Assembly (NCBI GenBank): GCA_965223425.1
Contig: OZ245003.1
Coordinates: 928,001-992,000 of the forward strand
DNA: 64,000 bases
Reading direction: 5' to 3'
Source: Nitrosopumilus sp.
GTDB taxonomy: Archaea; Thermoproteota; Nitrososphaeria; Nitrososphaerales; Nitrosopumilaceae
The notes under the pieces were generated by a model, which saw only the letters and a program-made list of their open reading frames with translations, searched no databases and was not told the origin of the DNA. Made by a program: the position numbers and the translations under genes. Each line of letters begins with the position of its first letter. The stretch's first letter is position 1. Shown here in pieces: positions 10,401-19,472 of the stretch.

Positions 10401-10631
10401 TTTAATTTTTTTTCCTTGTAATGTATTGAATCGGTACCACAAGTCTTTGATGACCCTGCCTCTTAGATGTCCTGCATGTGGGATTCCATTCATTGTTGGG
10501 GGACCTTCGATGAATCTTATCTTTTCAGGCTTGTCTGATGCAAAAATCTGTTTTTCTAAATCTATTGATTTGATGTATTCTTTTACTTGAGATTCTATTG
10601 CTTTTGCATCAAACTTTGTAGAAAACTCCAT
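7431..10631 (-). CDS. ileS: Isoleucine--tRNA ligase
   Basis: EGPPTMNGIPHAGH (HIGH-like), WTTMPFTL, WCISRER, EGIDQTRGW and KMSKS motifs. Confidence 0.97.
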   Translation of the reverse strand: MEFSTKFDAKAIESQVKEYIKSIDLEKQIFASDKPEKIRFIEGPPTMNGIPHAGHLRGRVIKDLWYRFNTLQGKKIKFNGGWDTQGLPVELQVEKELGVTGGKTEAIKQFGIERIVAECKKVVEKYNKTWVEVDELLGMSFNHEKAYWTFRDEFIEREWQILKKAHENGILEEDFTVIAYCPSCQTSLSHAEVNQGYEEVKDPSLFYKVKLVDEDACLIVWTTMPFTLVTDAMVGLQPEEDYVYVKVESETWVVGKNRLEEFMAEVKIEDYKIEKTAKGSEFEGKKYIHPLLGLIPELKEHSKLDNYHVAVSETFVDASTGSGLVHLSPANGEEDIKIANKRNVKIFSPIDDEVKFTSQAGKYSGMFVRDADKTIVEDLKECNALVRIGKIRHKYPLCWRSHHPIVWLARKGWFYKLDRLDSKAVDAAESVEYFFEQPKNRFLGIVKERHPWCISRERVWGCPLPVWGCKDCGEKNWLFSRKEIVDAADDLPDGPDFELHRPWIDNIAIKCKKCNSTKTKREEYVLDTWHNSGSAPYASLTDEEYSKEIPAPFFTEGIDQTRGWAYTLLVENVILNNGPAPPYSAFLFQGHVLDEKGGKMSKSKGNVLEGADLLQKYPADLVRFYFMWKASPIEPLSFSTDELMSRPYQVINTLFNIHLYFKQNSEYDNFEQSKTTIKWAKQENLLTSPDIWLLSKLEKLVQKITEKNQTCRFHESAKAVDDFIINNLSKVYIPITKEELWDEDEEKKSRRLSIYAVLSKVLKTLDILIHPFCPFSSEYLYQTVFDEKQSILLDKWPQYQESLVNKEIEESFDIMKDVVSVSSAARTKVKLKRRWPLNEAQICVRKDQKNKLESLSDLLQSQLNVEKFSIVETEKESGLEQILELKQLGLPVKAVMELERKRIGPKAKQHVGKLVAMFSETNPEEIISSLQKDGKYDFDVGGETISLDSEDFVVDFDADENFAVSKRDNYIVFISTARDREMMAKGLVKDVARRIQTLRKERGFSPTDVLGVASILDLDEESLEMLKDKAEELAFLVRVKQVNFTESRKECKDEDIDGQKIRISVE

Positions 10632-10710
10632 CTGAATTTTGATATGTATGTGTGGCATTATAAAGCTAAATTGATCTTGGATTATATAATTGAGAAAAAG
10701 ATAATTTTTG

Positions 10711-11145
10711 TTGGCAAATGTTCTGGCAATAGGTTCTAGTAGGCAAGAACATGCATTGTCATGGAAATTGGCTCAAAGTTCTAAAATTGATACTGTCTTT
10801 ACTGTTCCTGGAAATGGCGATCATCTGTGACTTTACAATCTTGAAAAATTCAGTCTGCAGTATGTGTTGTTTTGGCACCTGAAGGATATCCAGAATCATA
10901 TCCAAACAATGAAGAAATCTCTGATTTTGATTCTGTTTCAAATGAATCCTGTGTTTTTCATGCTGGAACAAAAAAAAAATCAGATGGAAAAACTCCCTCA
11001 ATAACAGACAAGTTTTAGGAGTTGCAGCATTAGGCAATTCTTTGGAACCTGCAACTGCAGACGCATATGCTGCATTTGAGAAAACCCCATGGCCCCGCAA
11101 ATATTATGGAAAGGATATTGGCAAAAAGGCCTTTCCTACCTTTGA
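10711..11145 (+). pseudogene. purD: Phosphoribosylamine--glycine ligase remnant with a large internal deletion
   Basis: N-terminus ANVLAIGSSRQEHALSWKLAQSSKIDTVFTVPGNG lies directly next to C-domain pieces SAVCVVLAPEGYPESYP, VFHAGTKK, RQVLGVAALG and KDIGKK. Frameshifts are present and the ATP-grasp core is missing. Confidence 0.85.
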
Positions 11146-11699
11146 GTTTTTAAAATTCTGTCTTCGGTTGCAATCCAATCAATGGTAATATCATGTTCTG
11201 ATTTTGGAATGTTTTTTACAATCTGTTTTTCCAGAGTCAAAGATATTGTCAAACTTTTGTGTTCTGCAAGAAACTTGTCATAAAACCCATGACCATATCC
11301 TAATCTAGTCCCGACAGGAGATATCCCTACCGTTGGAATCAAAATCACATCTAGATTATTGTCTGTCTCACAGTTGTCTTTGGGCTCCATTATGTCAAAA
11401 CTACCTTTTTCTAGGCTTGAAAAATCAATGATTTTTCTAAACTCCATTCTTTCCCCTATCACTTTGGGCAAAAACACATCTTTTCCATTACTTAGTAACT
11501 CTTGGATGATATTTTGTGTCAAAATTTCACTTCCGATTGGAAAATACGCTCCAATCTTCTGAGCGTTTATGAACCCATCAATTTTTTTTATTTTTTTTTG
11601 TATCTTTTCACTTGCAATACTCAAAAAATCAGCAGATGTGTTGTCTCTTTTTTCTAAAAGAAGATTTCGAAGTGGTTTTTTTTCAGGACTGTCTTCCAA
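11136..11699 (-). CDS. 5-formyltetrahydrofolate cyclo-ligase
   Basis: DVILIPTVG, RLGYGHGFYDKFL and EHDITIDWIATE motifs. Confidence 0.92.
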   Translation of the reverse strand: MEDSPEKKPLRNLLLEKRDNTSADFLSIASEKIQKKIKKIDGFINAQKIGAYFPIGSEILTQNIIQELLSNGKDVFLPKVIGERMEFRKIIDFSSLEKGSFDIMEPKDNCETDNNLDVILIPTVGISPVGTRLGYGHGFYDKFLAEHKSLTISLTLEKQIVKNIPKSEHDITIDWIATEDRILKTQR

Positions 11700-12552
11700 T
11701 TTGACTACTCAAAGATGCTGCAATAATTGTATTTTTTAATAGCATGGCAACTGTCATGGGTCCGACCCCTCCTGGAACCGGTGTTGCAAAAGATGCTTTT
11801 TGGATAATTTGCTCATAGTCTGAATCTCCCACCAGTTTTTCTTGGAGCCTTGAAATTGCAACATCGATCACGATTGCACCTTCTTTAATCATCTCCGGCG
11901 TTAGAGTGAACCTGCTTCTGTCTCCTACAGCCGTAATTATGACATCTGCGGCTTGGCAAAGTTCTGCCAAGTTTCTAGTTTTTGAGTGACACGTCATTAC
12001 AGTTGCATTTTTTTCTAATAGCAAATGATAAAGTGGTTTTCCAACAAGATTGCTTCTATTAATTATCACGGCCGTTTTTCCATTCAAATCAATTCCGTGA
12101 TAATCAAACATCTCCATAACTCCTAACGGAGTACATGCAACCAGTGCTGCTTTTTTCATTGCAAGTAATCCTGCATTATGTGGCGTTAGTCCGTCCACAT
12201 CTTTTAGTGGTGATATTCTTGATGTCGTAGTAAATTCGTCTAATTGTCCGGGCAAAGGTAATTGAACTAGGATCCCATGAACGGAATTATCATTATTCAA
12301 ATTTTCAATAATTTCATCGAGTTGTGTCTGTGAAACGCCTGCACCAAGTTTATGATCTTTGGTAATGATTTCCACCTCCTCACATGCCTTGTGCTTGTTT
12401 TTAACATATGTGGCAGATGCTGGATTGTCTCCCACTAGAACTGTGGCAAGACATGGGTTGATCCCCTGGGATTTCATTTCTTTTACTGCCTTCCTTATTC
12501 TGTCTTTTACTGACTGGGCAATGACAATGCCGTCAATTTTAGTGCCAACCAT
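11683..12552 (-). CDS. folD: Bifunctional methylene-THF dehydrogenase/cyclohydrolase
   Basis: YVKNK, GILVQLPLP, KDVDG and TPVPGGVGPMTVAML motifs. Confidence 0.96.
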   Translation of the reverse strand: MVGTKIDGIVIAQSVKDRIRKAVKEMKSQGINPCLATVLVGDNPASATYVKNKHKACEEVEIITKDHKLGAGVSQTQLDEIIENLNNDNSVHGILVQLPLPGQLDEFTTTSRISPLKDVDGLTPHNAGLLAMKKAALVACTPLGVMEMFDYHGIDLNGKTAVIINRSNLVGKPLYHLLLEKNATVMTCHSKTRNLAELCQAADVIITAVGDRSRFTLTPEMIKEGAIVIDVAISRLQEKLVGDSDYEQIIQKASFATPVPGGVGPMTVAMLLKNTIIAASLSSQIGRQS

Positions 12553-12643
12553 AATCTATTTCTGATTTGTAGATATTTAATTCTTGGAATTTCTTACGAG
12601 CATCTCAGAAAAGAAATTAAATGGTCGCTTTTCTAGTCATAAC

Positions 12644-12928
12644 ATGTTTGTAATGATGGCAGATGTTCAACTCAAAGAAGGTGCAGAAGATGAATTCAAA
12701 AGTTGGTTCTCTGAATCAAACAAAGTATTGTCCGCCTTCCCTGGCTTTGTATCTAGGCGATTTCTAAAATCTGCAGATGGAAGCTATAAGATAATTGTAG
12801 AACATGAAAGTAAAGAGACTTTTATCAAAATGCACCAGAGTCCCGAGCATGAAAAACTCCATCCAAAGGGGCATTCCTTTATGAGTGCGGATCCTGTAAG
12901 AAAAACATTCACCGTAGCTGCTGAGTAA
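12644..12928 (+). CDS. Antibiotic biosynthesis monooxygenase (ABM) family protein
   Basis: Short ferredoxin-like pattern FPGFVSRRFLK...HQSPEH. Confidence 0.7.
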   Translation: MFVMMADVQLKEGAEDEFKSWFSESNKVLSAFPGFVSRRFLKSADGSYKIIVEHESKETFIKMHQSPEHEKLHPKGHSFMSADPVRKTFTVAAE

Positions 12929-12929
12929 A

Positions 12930-13250
12930 TTGAAACTGGAATTTGATTTATCTGCATCTCTTGAAAAAATTAAGAAAAGTAACTCCTATTTTCACACCTT
13001 TATCAACAAGGACAGTCTAGCTGCAGGCGTATTGGTTCTTCAGCCCGGAGAAGAAGATACGCAGGCACCTCATGATAATGATGAAATGTATTATGTTATT
13101 TCAGGTAACGGATTTTTGAAAATTAAAGATAAGGATTACAAAATTTCAAAAGACAAGTTGTTTTTTGTTGCAAAAGACGTTGAACATTTCTTTCATGGGA
13201 ATACAAAGGAACTCAAAGTTTTGTATTTTTTTGGCGGAACTGATTCCTAA
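12930..13250 (+). CDS. Cupin domain protein
   Basis: PHDNDEMYYVISGNG and FVAKDVEHFFH cupin motifs. Confidence 0.85.
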   Translation: MKLEFDLSASLEKIKKSNSYFHTFINKDSLAAGVLVLQPGEEDTQAPHDNDEMYYVISGNGFLKIKDKDYKISKDKLFFVAKDVEHFFHGNTKELKVLYFFGGTDS

Positions 13251-13864
13251 CTAATAATTGCCCTTCTTCCAGAAACTCTGATTCTTTTTCTTGCAAACAA
13301 ATTGACTGCTTCGGGGTATATCCTGTGTTCTTCTCTTAGAATTCTTTTTGATAATGATTTTTCAGTATCGTTCTCTTTTACTTTGACTGCTGATTGGATT
13401 ATTATCGGCCCTGTATCCACTCCTGTGTCGACAAAATGTACTGTGCACCCTGAATATTTAGCACCATGTCGCAGTGCTTGCTTTTGTGACTCTAATCCTG
13501 GAAATGCTGGGAGCAACGCTGGGTGAATGTTGATAATTCTGTTCTTGTATTTTTTTACAAACTGTGGACTGATGACTCTCCTAAATCCTGCAAGGCATAC
13601 TAGGCCATTTCTTGGAGTAACCCCGTGTTTTGTTAAAACTGTAATTATTTTTTTGTCATATTCTGCTCTGCGCCCCTTGAAGTTTTCACTTTCAATAACC
13701 TCTGTGGTAATCCCTAGTCTTTCTGCAATCCTCAGACCCCCTGCGCCTGGCTTGTTTGAAATGACTACTGCTGGGCTGATTGGCACCCTTTTCTTCTTAA
13801 TTGACTTTAGAATGGATTCCATGTTGCTCCCGCGACCTGAGATCAGAATTCCTAGATTTAGCAA
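13247..13864 (-). CDS. purN: Phosphoribosylglycinamide formyltransferase
   Basis: ISGRGSNM, INIHPALLPAFPG and GCTVHFVDTGVDTGPII motifs. Confidence 0.95.
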   Translation of the reverse strand: MLNLGILISGRGSNMESILKSIKKKRVPISPAVVISNKPGAGGLRIAERLGITTEVIESENFKGRRAEYDKKIITVLTKHGVTPRNGLVCLAGFRRVISPQFVKKYKNRIINIHPALLPAFPGLESQKQALRHGAKYSGCTVHFVDTGVDTGPIIIQSAVKVKENDTEKSLSKRILREEHRIYPEAVNLFARKRIRVSGRRAIIS

Positions 13865-13940
13865 CTAGTCAATAGTAGATCAAACCTGCAATTTATATCA
13901 AATCTAATTGTCTTCATTCTCATTGCCTAGACAAGTCAGG

Positions 13941-14903
13941 ATGACAAAAAATGGAATCCTGTATGAAGTCAGTGGTAAACGCGTTTGCTTGGATCCAAAA
14001 AACACTGATGCTACGGGAGTCAATTTTGTCTCTCACGCACATTCTGATCATCTTCCAGCAAAGAATGGAGGTACAATACTGTCCTCACTTGAAACAAGCG
14101 AAATTGCTAATCTTCGTGGATTCAAAATGGAAAACCACGTTGAATCCCTTGATGATTTTTCTCTAATTGATAGCGGTCACATACTTGGAGCAAAGGGTTT
14201 GCTTTTTGATGATGCCTTCTACACTGGGGATATTTGCACCAGAAATCGCGGATTTCTTCAGGGAGCAAAAGTTCCAAAATGCAAAACCTTGATAACTGAA
14301 TGCACGTTTGGTCTTCCAGAATTTATCTTTCCCCCAATTGATGAAGTTCAAAGACAGGTAAATGAATTGATTTCTGAGCTTTATGGAAAAGGAGTTCCTA
14401 TAATTTTAATGGGATATCAATTAGGAAAAGCGCAGACTCTTACTCAGCTTTTTGGTCATTGGGCACCATTGTATTTTCATGACTCTGTAAAAGAGATGAA
14501 CTCGCTTCATCAAAAATTGGGGATTCCTCTCAATGATGGGATTGGTCATACTGAGGCTGAAAAAAATGGGTTGCTAGAAAAAAAACCCTGGATAATGGTC
14601 GCGCCGTTCATGTCTGCCAAAAATAAATTCATTCAGGACATGAAATCAAAATATGATGCAGTAACAATAGGGTTTAGCGGTTGGGCGCAATCTTCAAGAT
14701 TTCCTTTTGTACGGAGATCTGATTATTTATTTCCTATGAGTGATCACTGTGATTTTAACGAACTTGTAAATATGGTGACACAATCCGAAGCTGAGCAAGT
14801 TTACACCATACATGGTTTTGTTGACGAGTTTGCCGAATATTTGCAAAAAATAGGCATTAACGCACAACCGTTACTTGAAAACTCTTTAGATGATTACACC
14901 TAG
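13941..14903 (+). CDS. MBL-fold/beta-CASP exonuclease
   Basis: SHAHSDH, SGHILG, YTGD, ITECTFG and SDHCDF motifs. Confidence 0.85.
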   Translation: MTKNGILYEVSGKRVCLDPKNTDATGVNFVSHAHSDHLPAKNGGTILSSLETSEIANLRGFKMENHVESLDDFSLIDSGHILGAKGLLFDDAFYTGDICTRNRGFLQGAKVPKCKTLITECTFGLPEFIFPPIDEVQRQVNELISELYGKGVPIILMGYQLGKAQTLTQLFGHWAPLYFHDSVKEMNSLHQKLGIPLNDGIGHTEAEKNGLLEKKPWIMVAPFMSAKNKFIQDMKSKYDAVTIGFSGWAQSSRFPFVRRSDYLFPMSDHCDFNELVNMVTQSEAEQVYTIHGFVDEFAEYLQKIGINAQPLLENSLDDYT

Positions 14904-15136
14904 TTTGTAAATTTACTACACTCACATTCTGCGACTAGACATGTTTCTGAATTTCTAATGTGATCATGTGAGAAATGCTTGCATTTTTCATTTTTACAAA
15001 TTCTTCTTTGTGCTTCTTTTTGCACAACTGCTTGTGCAATTGCATTTGCCTTGTCTTTACCATATCCTTTTTTATCGATATAGTAATGAACAATTCTGTT
15101 GTAAAGTAAATCTGGATTGAATTGTTTTTCTAACAT
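14900..15136 (-). CDS. Hypothetical protein with Cys/His-rich C-terminus
   Basis: CKNEKCKH...CLVAECECSKF. Confidence 0.6.
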   Translation of the reverse strand: MLEKQFNPDLLYNRIVHYYIDKKGYGKDKANAIAQAVVQKEAQRRICKNEKCKHFSHDHIRNSETCLVAECECSKFTN

Positions 15137-15231
15137 GGCGTTTCTACATACTATTACGCAATTATTGTATTTCAACTAGTCTTTTTTTTGGATAACCATT
15201 TGTTTAGTTTAGGTGTGAATTTTGGATATTT

Positions 15232-16506
15232 TTAACGTAAAATCACGCCTATATCCATAAGATTTGTGTGAGTAAAGTCAGTTACAATGTTTGCCTTTTG
15301 TTTTTGAAAGAATCTGCCTGAATCACTGTTTTTGAGAAACTCTTTGGCCACTTTTGAGTCAACTCTAATATTTTCAGTAATTGCCCCTGCAAAAATGGAG
15401 TTTCCGTCAATCCCATCTGTACCCATAGACGCAATGACGATTTTTTTTAATTTTTGTGTGTTCTTTAAAATTCTTAGAACCAACTCTTGATTTCTTCCCC
15501 CCATTCCTTTACCAAGAACTCTTACTGTTGTTTCTCCACCAAAAACAAGACATGTTTTTTGATCCTCTGAAATGTTTTCAAGAATTTTTGTGACTGCATC
15601 TTTAATGTCCCCAAAAACCTGCATTGTGGTTACCTTGTAACCCTTCTTCTTGGCCGTTTCCTGCATTTCTTTCAAACAACCGCTATTATTTGCAATGATA
15701 TAGTTTTCAATTTTTGGCTTCTTTGGCGTTTTTGTTTCTTTGTGCAATCCTTTTTCTAAAACCTGCAAAACCTCTAAAGGAATTTTTCTTTTTAACTTGT
15801 ATTTTTCTAAAATGTCTAAAGCGTCTGAAAACGTTGTATCATCCATGTGTGTTGTGCCTGATGCAATAGATGACAGATCATCCCCTTCGACATCTGACAT
15901 TGCCAGACCTATTCCTTGGCATTTCATGTTTTCAATTAATCTGCCGCCTTTGATTTTTGATAGATGCTTTCTGATGCAATTAAATTCTTGGATTGTCGCC
16001 CCTGATTTTAACAACAAATCTGTAACATGGATTTTGTCATCAAGAGTGATTTCATTTGGCATTGCAAGAAGTGATGAGCCTCCTCCCGAAACAAGAAAAA
16101 TTACTAGTTCGTCACTTCGTTTGTTTTGAAGAAATTTTATGACTTCTTTTGCAGCCCTTACGCTTGTTTTATCTGGTTTGGGATGTCTGGAATTGAAAAT
16201 CTGGAATTTTTTACCCTTAATTCTGGACTTTGAGCCCTTGGGAATTACTACAATTCCACTTTTTATTGGAATTATTGCATTGAGTGCTCTAGTCATAGAA
16301 TCTCCGGCCTTTCCAAATGCTATGGAATAGATGTTGGAGTATTTCTTAATCCTGATTGACTTGTCTCCAATCTTGATTTCACCTGGTGTTACAAACTTTG
16401 GAATTATGTTTTCCGGATCTGCTGCACGAAGACCTGCCTCTAAAATTTCCAGACACTCTTTTTTCTTATCAGTAGCTGCCAGATCTTTGAAATTTTTGAT
16501 AATCAT
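15232..16506 (-). CDS. Glycerate kinase (DUF4147/MOFRL type)
   Basis: FGKA, HPKPD, LVSGGGSSL, IASGTT, GGETTV, GGRNQE and GTDGIDG motifs. Confidence 0.92.
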   Translation of the reverse strand: MIIKNFKDLAATDKKKECLEILEAGLRAADPENIIPKFVTPGEIKIGDKSIRIKKYSNIYSIAFGKAGDSMTRALNAIIPIKSGIVVIPKGSKSRIKGKKFQIFNSRHPKPDKTSVRAAKEVIKFLQNKRSDELVIFLVSGGGSSLLAMPNEITLDDKIHVTDLLLKSGATIQEFNCIRKHLSKIKGGRLIENMKCQGIGLAMSDVEGDDLSSIASGTTHMDDTTFSDALDILEKYKLKRKIPLEVLQVLEKGLHKETKTPKKPKIENYIIANNSGCLKEMQETAKKKGYKVTTMQVFGDIKDAVTKILENISEDQKTCLVFGGETTVRVLGKGMGGRNQELVLRILKNTQKLKKIVIASMGTDGIDGNSIFAGAITENIRVDSKVAKEFLKNSDSGRFFQKQKANIVTDFTHTNLMDIGVILR

Positions 16507-16558
16507 ACACATTCCCAATAGTGCAAGATATATAATCATCAATGATTTTTTTTATTTT

Positions 16559-17503
16559 ATGCACACAGTACGTATTCCAAAAGTTATCAAATTTGGTGAA
16601 AACGCACTTGGTGAAACAGAGTATCCAAAAAACGCTCTTGTAGTAACTACTGCCACTCCGGAACTATCTGGAAAGTGGCTTGATAAAATGGGCATTCAAG
16701 ACTACATGCTTTATGATAAGGTAAATCCAGAGCCATCAATTGATGATGTTAATTCATTAATTGCTGAATTCAAAGACAAAACGCCATCTGTCTTAATTGG
16801 ACTAGGCGGTGGAAGCTCATTAGATGTTGTAAAATATTCTGCCCAAGACTTTGGAGTAGAAAAGATCCTGATTCCAACTACATTTGGGACAGGAGCTGAA
16901 ATGACGACATACTGCGTTTTGAAATTTGATGGCAAAAAGAAACTCTTACGTGAAGACCGATTTCTTGCAGATATGGCCGTAGTTGATTCATACTTTTTGA
17001 AAGGCACTCCACAACAAATTGTAAATAATTCAGTTTGTGATGCTTGTGCCCAAGCAACCGAAGGATATGATAGCAAACTTGGAAATGATTTGACAAGAAC
17101 ATTGTGTAAGCAGGCATTTGAGATTCTTCATGATGCAATTATGAATGACAAACCAGAGAACTATCCGTATGGTTCAATGTTGTCTGGAATGGGATTTGGA
17201 AATTGCTCAACAACGCTTGGGCATGCATTGTCGTATGTATTCTCAAATGAGGGAGTCCCACATGGTTATTCATTATCATCTTGTACTACAGTTGCACACA
17301 AGCACAACAAGTCAGTTTTCTATGATAGATTCAAAGAAGCTATGGACAAGCTCGGTTTTGATAAACTAGAACTCAAAGCTGATGTTTCAGAAGCCGCAGA
17401 TGTTGTAATGACTGATAAGGGACATTTGGATCCAAACCCAATTCCAATATCCAAAGAAGATGCCATGAAGTGTCTTGAAGATATCAAAGCAGGCAATTTG
17501 TAA
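16559..17503 (+). CDS. Fe-containing alcohol dehydrogenase, probable malonic semialdehyde reductase of the thaumarchaeal 3HP/4HB cycle
   Basis: GLGGGSSLD, IPTTFGTGAE and GHALS..GVPHG motifs. The MHTVRIPKV...IKAGNL sequence matches my recollection of N. maritimus Nmar_1110 (verify by BLAST). Confidence 0.85.
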   Translation: MHTVRIPKVIKFGENALGETEYPKNALVVTTATPELSGKWLDKMGIQDYMLYDKVNPEPSIDDVNSLIAEFKDKTPSVLIGLGGGSSLDVVKYSAQDFGVEKILIPTTFGTGAEMTTYCVLKFDGKKKLLREDRFLADMAVVDSYFLKGTPQQIVNNSVCDACAQATEGYDSKLGNDLTRTLCKQAFEILHDAIMNDKPENYPYGSMLSGMGFGNCSTTLGHALSYVFSNEGVPHGYSLSSCTTVAHKHNKSVFYDRFKEAMDKLGFDKLELKADVSEAADVVMTDKGHLDPNPIPISKEDAMKCLEDIKAGNL

Positions 17504-17599
17504 AAAACACAAATTTATTTTTACCTTTTTTATATTTTCTTGGTAAACTGCGAAATTGGCAGCTTGTCTAAACTTATTTATGCTAATATTCAGACCTAA

Positions 17600-18706
17600 A
17601 TGTACTTGACTCAAAACAAGCTAAAATTTGGTATTCAAAACGGACTAAACGTTGCAAGGGCCGGTTATACCGAAGACCAAATCTTGACGGCTTGCATGCT
17701 TGCAGACAAGACAGGTTACGATTCAATTTTTTATATGGATCACACAAATGTACCACAGTGGAAAAACGCAATTGTTTTGGATCCTTGGGTTATGTTATCT
17801 GCAATAGCTGCAGTAACAAATAATGTGGAACTGGGAACTTGTGTAACTGATGCAATTAGAAGACATCCATCTAACATTGCGCTGGCTGTAATCACACTTG
17901 ACAGAATTTCAAAAGGAAGAGCAATTCTTGGTATTGGCGCAGGCGAGGCTCAAAATCTAAAAGAATTCTGTATTCCATTTGAAAAACCAGTCTCAAAATG
18001 GGAAGAACAGATTGAAACTATTCACACGTTATACGAATCAACCCCTGATAACACCGTAAATTATGATGGAAAATATTACAAACTTGAAGGAGCATGTCTG
18101 CAAGCCCCGCCAATTAGAAAACCACGCCCACCAACTTACATGGCCGCCGGTGGTAAGAGAACCCTTGGATTAACAGGAAAACTTGGTGATGGTTGGCTGC
18201 CTATCGGTTACACTCCAGAACTTTTTGAAGATCATGCAGCACAAATTAAAAAATCAATGGATGACAACAACAGAACTCAAGAAGCAAAAGATAACTTCCA
18301 ATATGCACTTGACATTGACGTATACTTTTCTGAAGATGCTGAAGAATCATGGGCAAGAATGAAAGAAGCAGTGAAAGTTAGTTTGTTCAAGCCTGAAATC
18401 TTGAGGGTTCATGGATTAAAAGAGATCGAAGGGTTTGACTTTAGAAAATACTTTACAGAATACTCAATGTCTAATCAAGATTGGATTGTAAAAATGAGAG
18501 AAGCTGCAACAAAAATTCCTGAACATGTTGCTCGTTCTTCGACTGCAGTTGGCACACCAGATGACATCATTCCAACATTCGAAAGATTCATGGATGCTGG
18601 TGTTAATCACTTTGTAATTAGATTCTGGGGTAAGAATTACTTTGGTTCTGTTGACAAGTTTGCAAGTCATGTAATGCCTGCACTTAGAGAAAAAGCCAAA
18701 CAATAA
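17600..18706 (+). CDS. LLM-class (luciferase-like, probably F420-dependent) oxidoreductase
   Basis: GYDSIFYMDH, DPWVMLSAIA, TLDRISKGRAILGIGAG and GDGWLP motifs. Confidence 0.9.
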   Translation: MYLTQNKLKFGIQNGLNVARAGYTEDQILTACMLADKTGYDSIFYMDHTNVPQWKNAIVLDPWVMLSAIAAVTNNVELGTCVTDAIRRHPSNIALAVITLDRISKGRAILGIGAGEAQNLKEFCIPFEKPVSKWEEQIETIHTLYESTPDNTVNYDGKYYKLEGACLQAPPIRKPRPPTYMAAGGKRTLGLTGKLGDGWLPIGYTPELFEDHAAQIKKSMDDNNRTQEAKDNFQYALDIDVYFSEDAEESWARMKEAVKVSLFKPEILRVHGLKEIEGFDFRKYFTEYSMSNQDWIVKMREAATKIPEHVARSSTAVGTPDDIIPTFERFMDAGVNHFVIRFWGKNYFGSVDKFASHVMPALREKAKQ

Positions 18707-18762
18707 GACGCTCGATGCTATAATATGCCGAAAATCATTTACTATGCTGGTTTTGAGAATAT

Positions 18763-18996
18763 ATGATGGATGACGATCTTCCTGAAACAGTAAAAAAATG
18801 TCTTGATATTTTAGAAGAAAATGTCGAAATTTTAGCAAATCTTGAGCTGGATTTAGAGGACGAAAAGGAAGATGAGCTAATTTCAAGTCTTGCACTTTAT
18901 CAGCTTTATGACATGACTGAGGATGTTGCCGAATCTGCAAAACTCAAACGCGCCGAATCCAATTTTGCAAGACGACAAGCTGAAGATTCTTTATGA
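18763..18996 (+). CDS. Small acidic hypothetical protein
   Basis: 77-aa ORF. Confidence 0.5.
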   Translation: MMDDDLPETVKKCLDILEENVEILANLELDLEDEKEDELISSLALYQLYDMTEDVAESAKLKRAESNFARRQAEDSL

Positions 18997-19472
18997 TTTG
19001 TGTGGCCTTTTGTTTTTGCTTTTGTAAGTGATTTTGCTCTACGTTTGATTTTTTTTAATTCCTTGTGATGTTTCGTAGCGGTGCTTGCAGATATCTGTAG
19101 TTCCACGCGTCTCTCCAAACCAGATGAGCTTTGACTCTGCATTGTCCTCTTCTGGGACATCCAACACTGGGTTTGTCGTATCCTCAAGCGCGTCATCCAC
19201 CCCATGCATGAACGTCTTGAACTGTTCGTATGTTTTAGCGATTTTGATTAATGAAAAATTTGGATGAAAAAAGTCAAATTTTAGAATGTTTTCTATTTTT
19301 GATTATTTTTGTAATGATTTGCTATGAGCGTAGAATTAAAAAGTGAATGCACAGCATTAGAATGCAGAATTTTAGAAATCAAAGCATTAGAAAAAGAATT
19401 AGACGAAGAAAACTAGATCTGTTTTTTGGGGAGCATGTTTGCTCTGGATTTATAAAATGATTTTTCATAATT

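Noticed and set aside
16331-16558. N-terminal extension of the Fe-ADH
   Set aside because: It overlaps the divergent glycerate kinase gene; the family-like sequence starts at ATG 16559.
18906-19267. Overlapping short ORFs on both strands
   Set aside because: No family signal; possibly a degraded gene, but this cannot be supported by eye.
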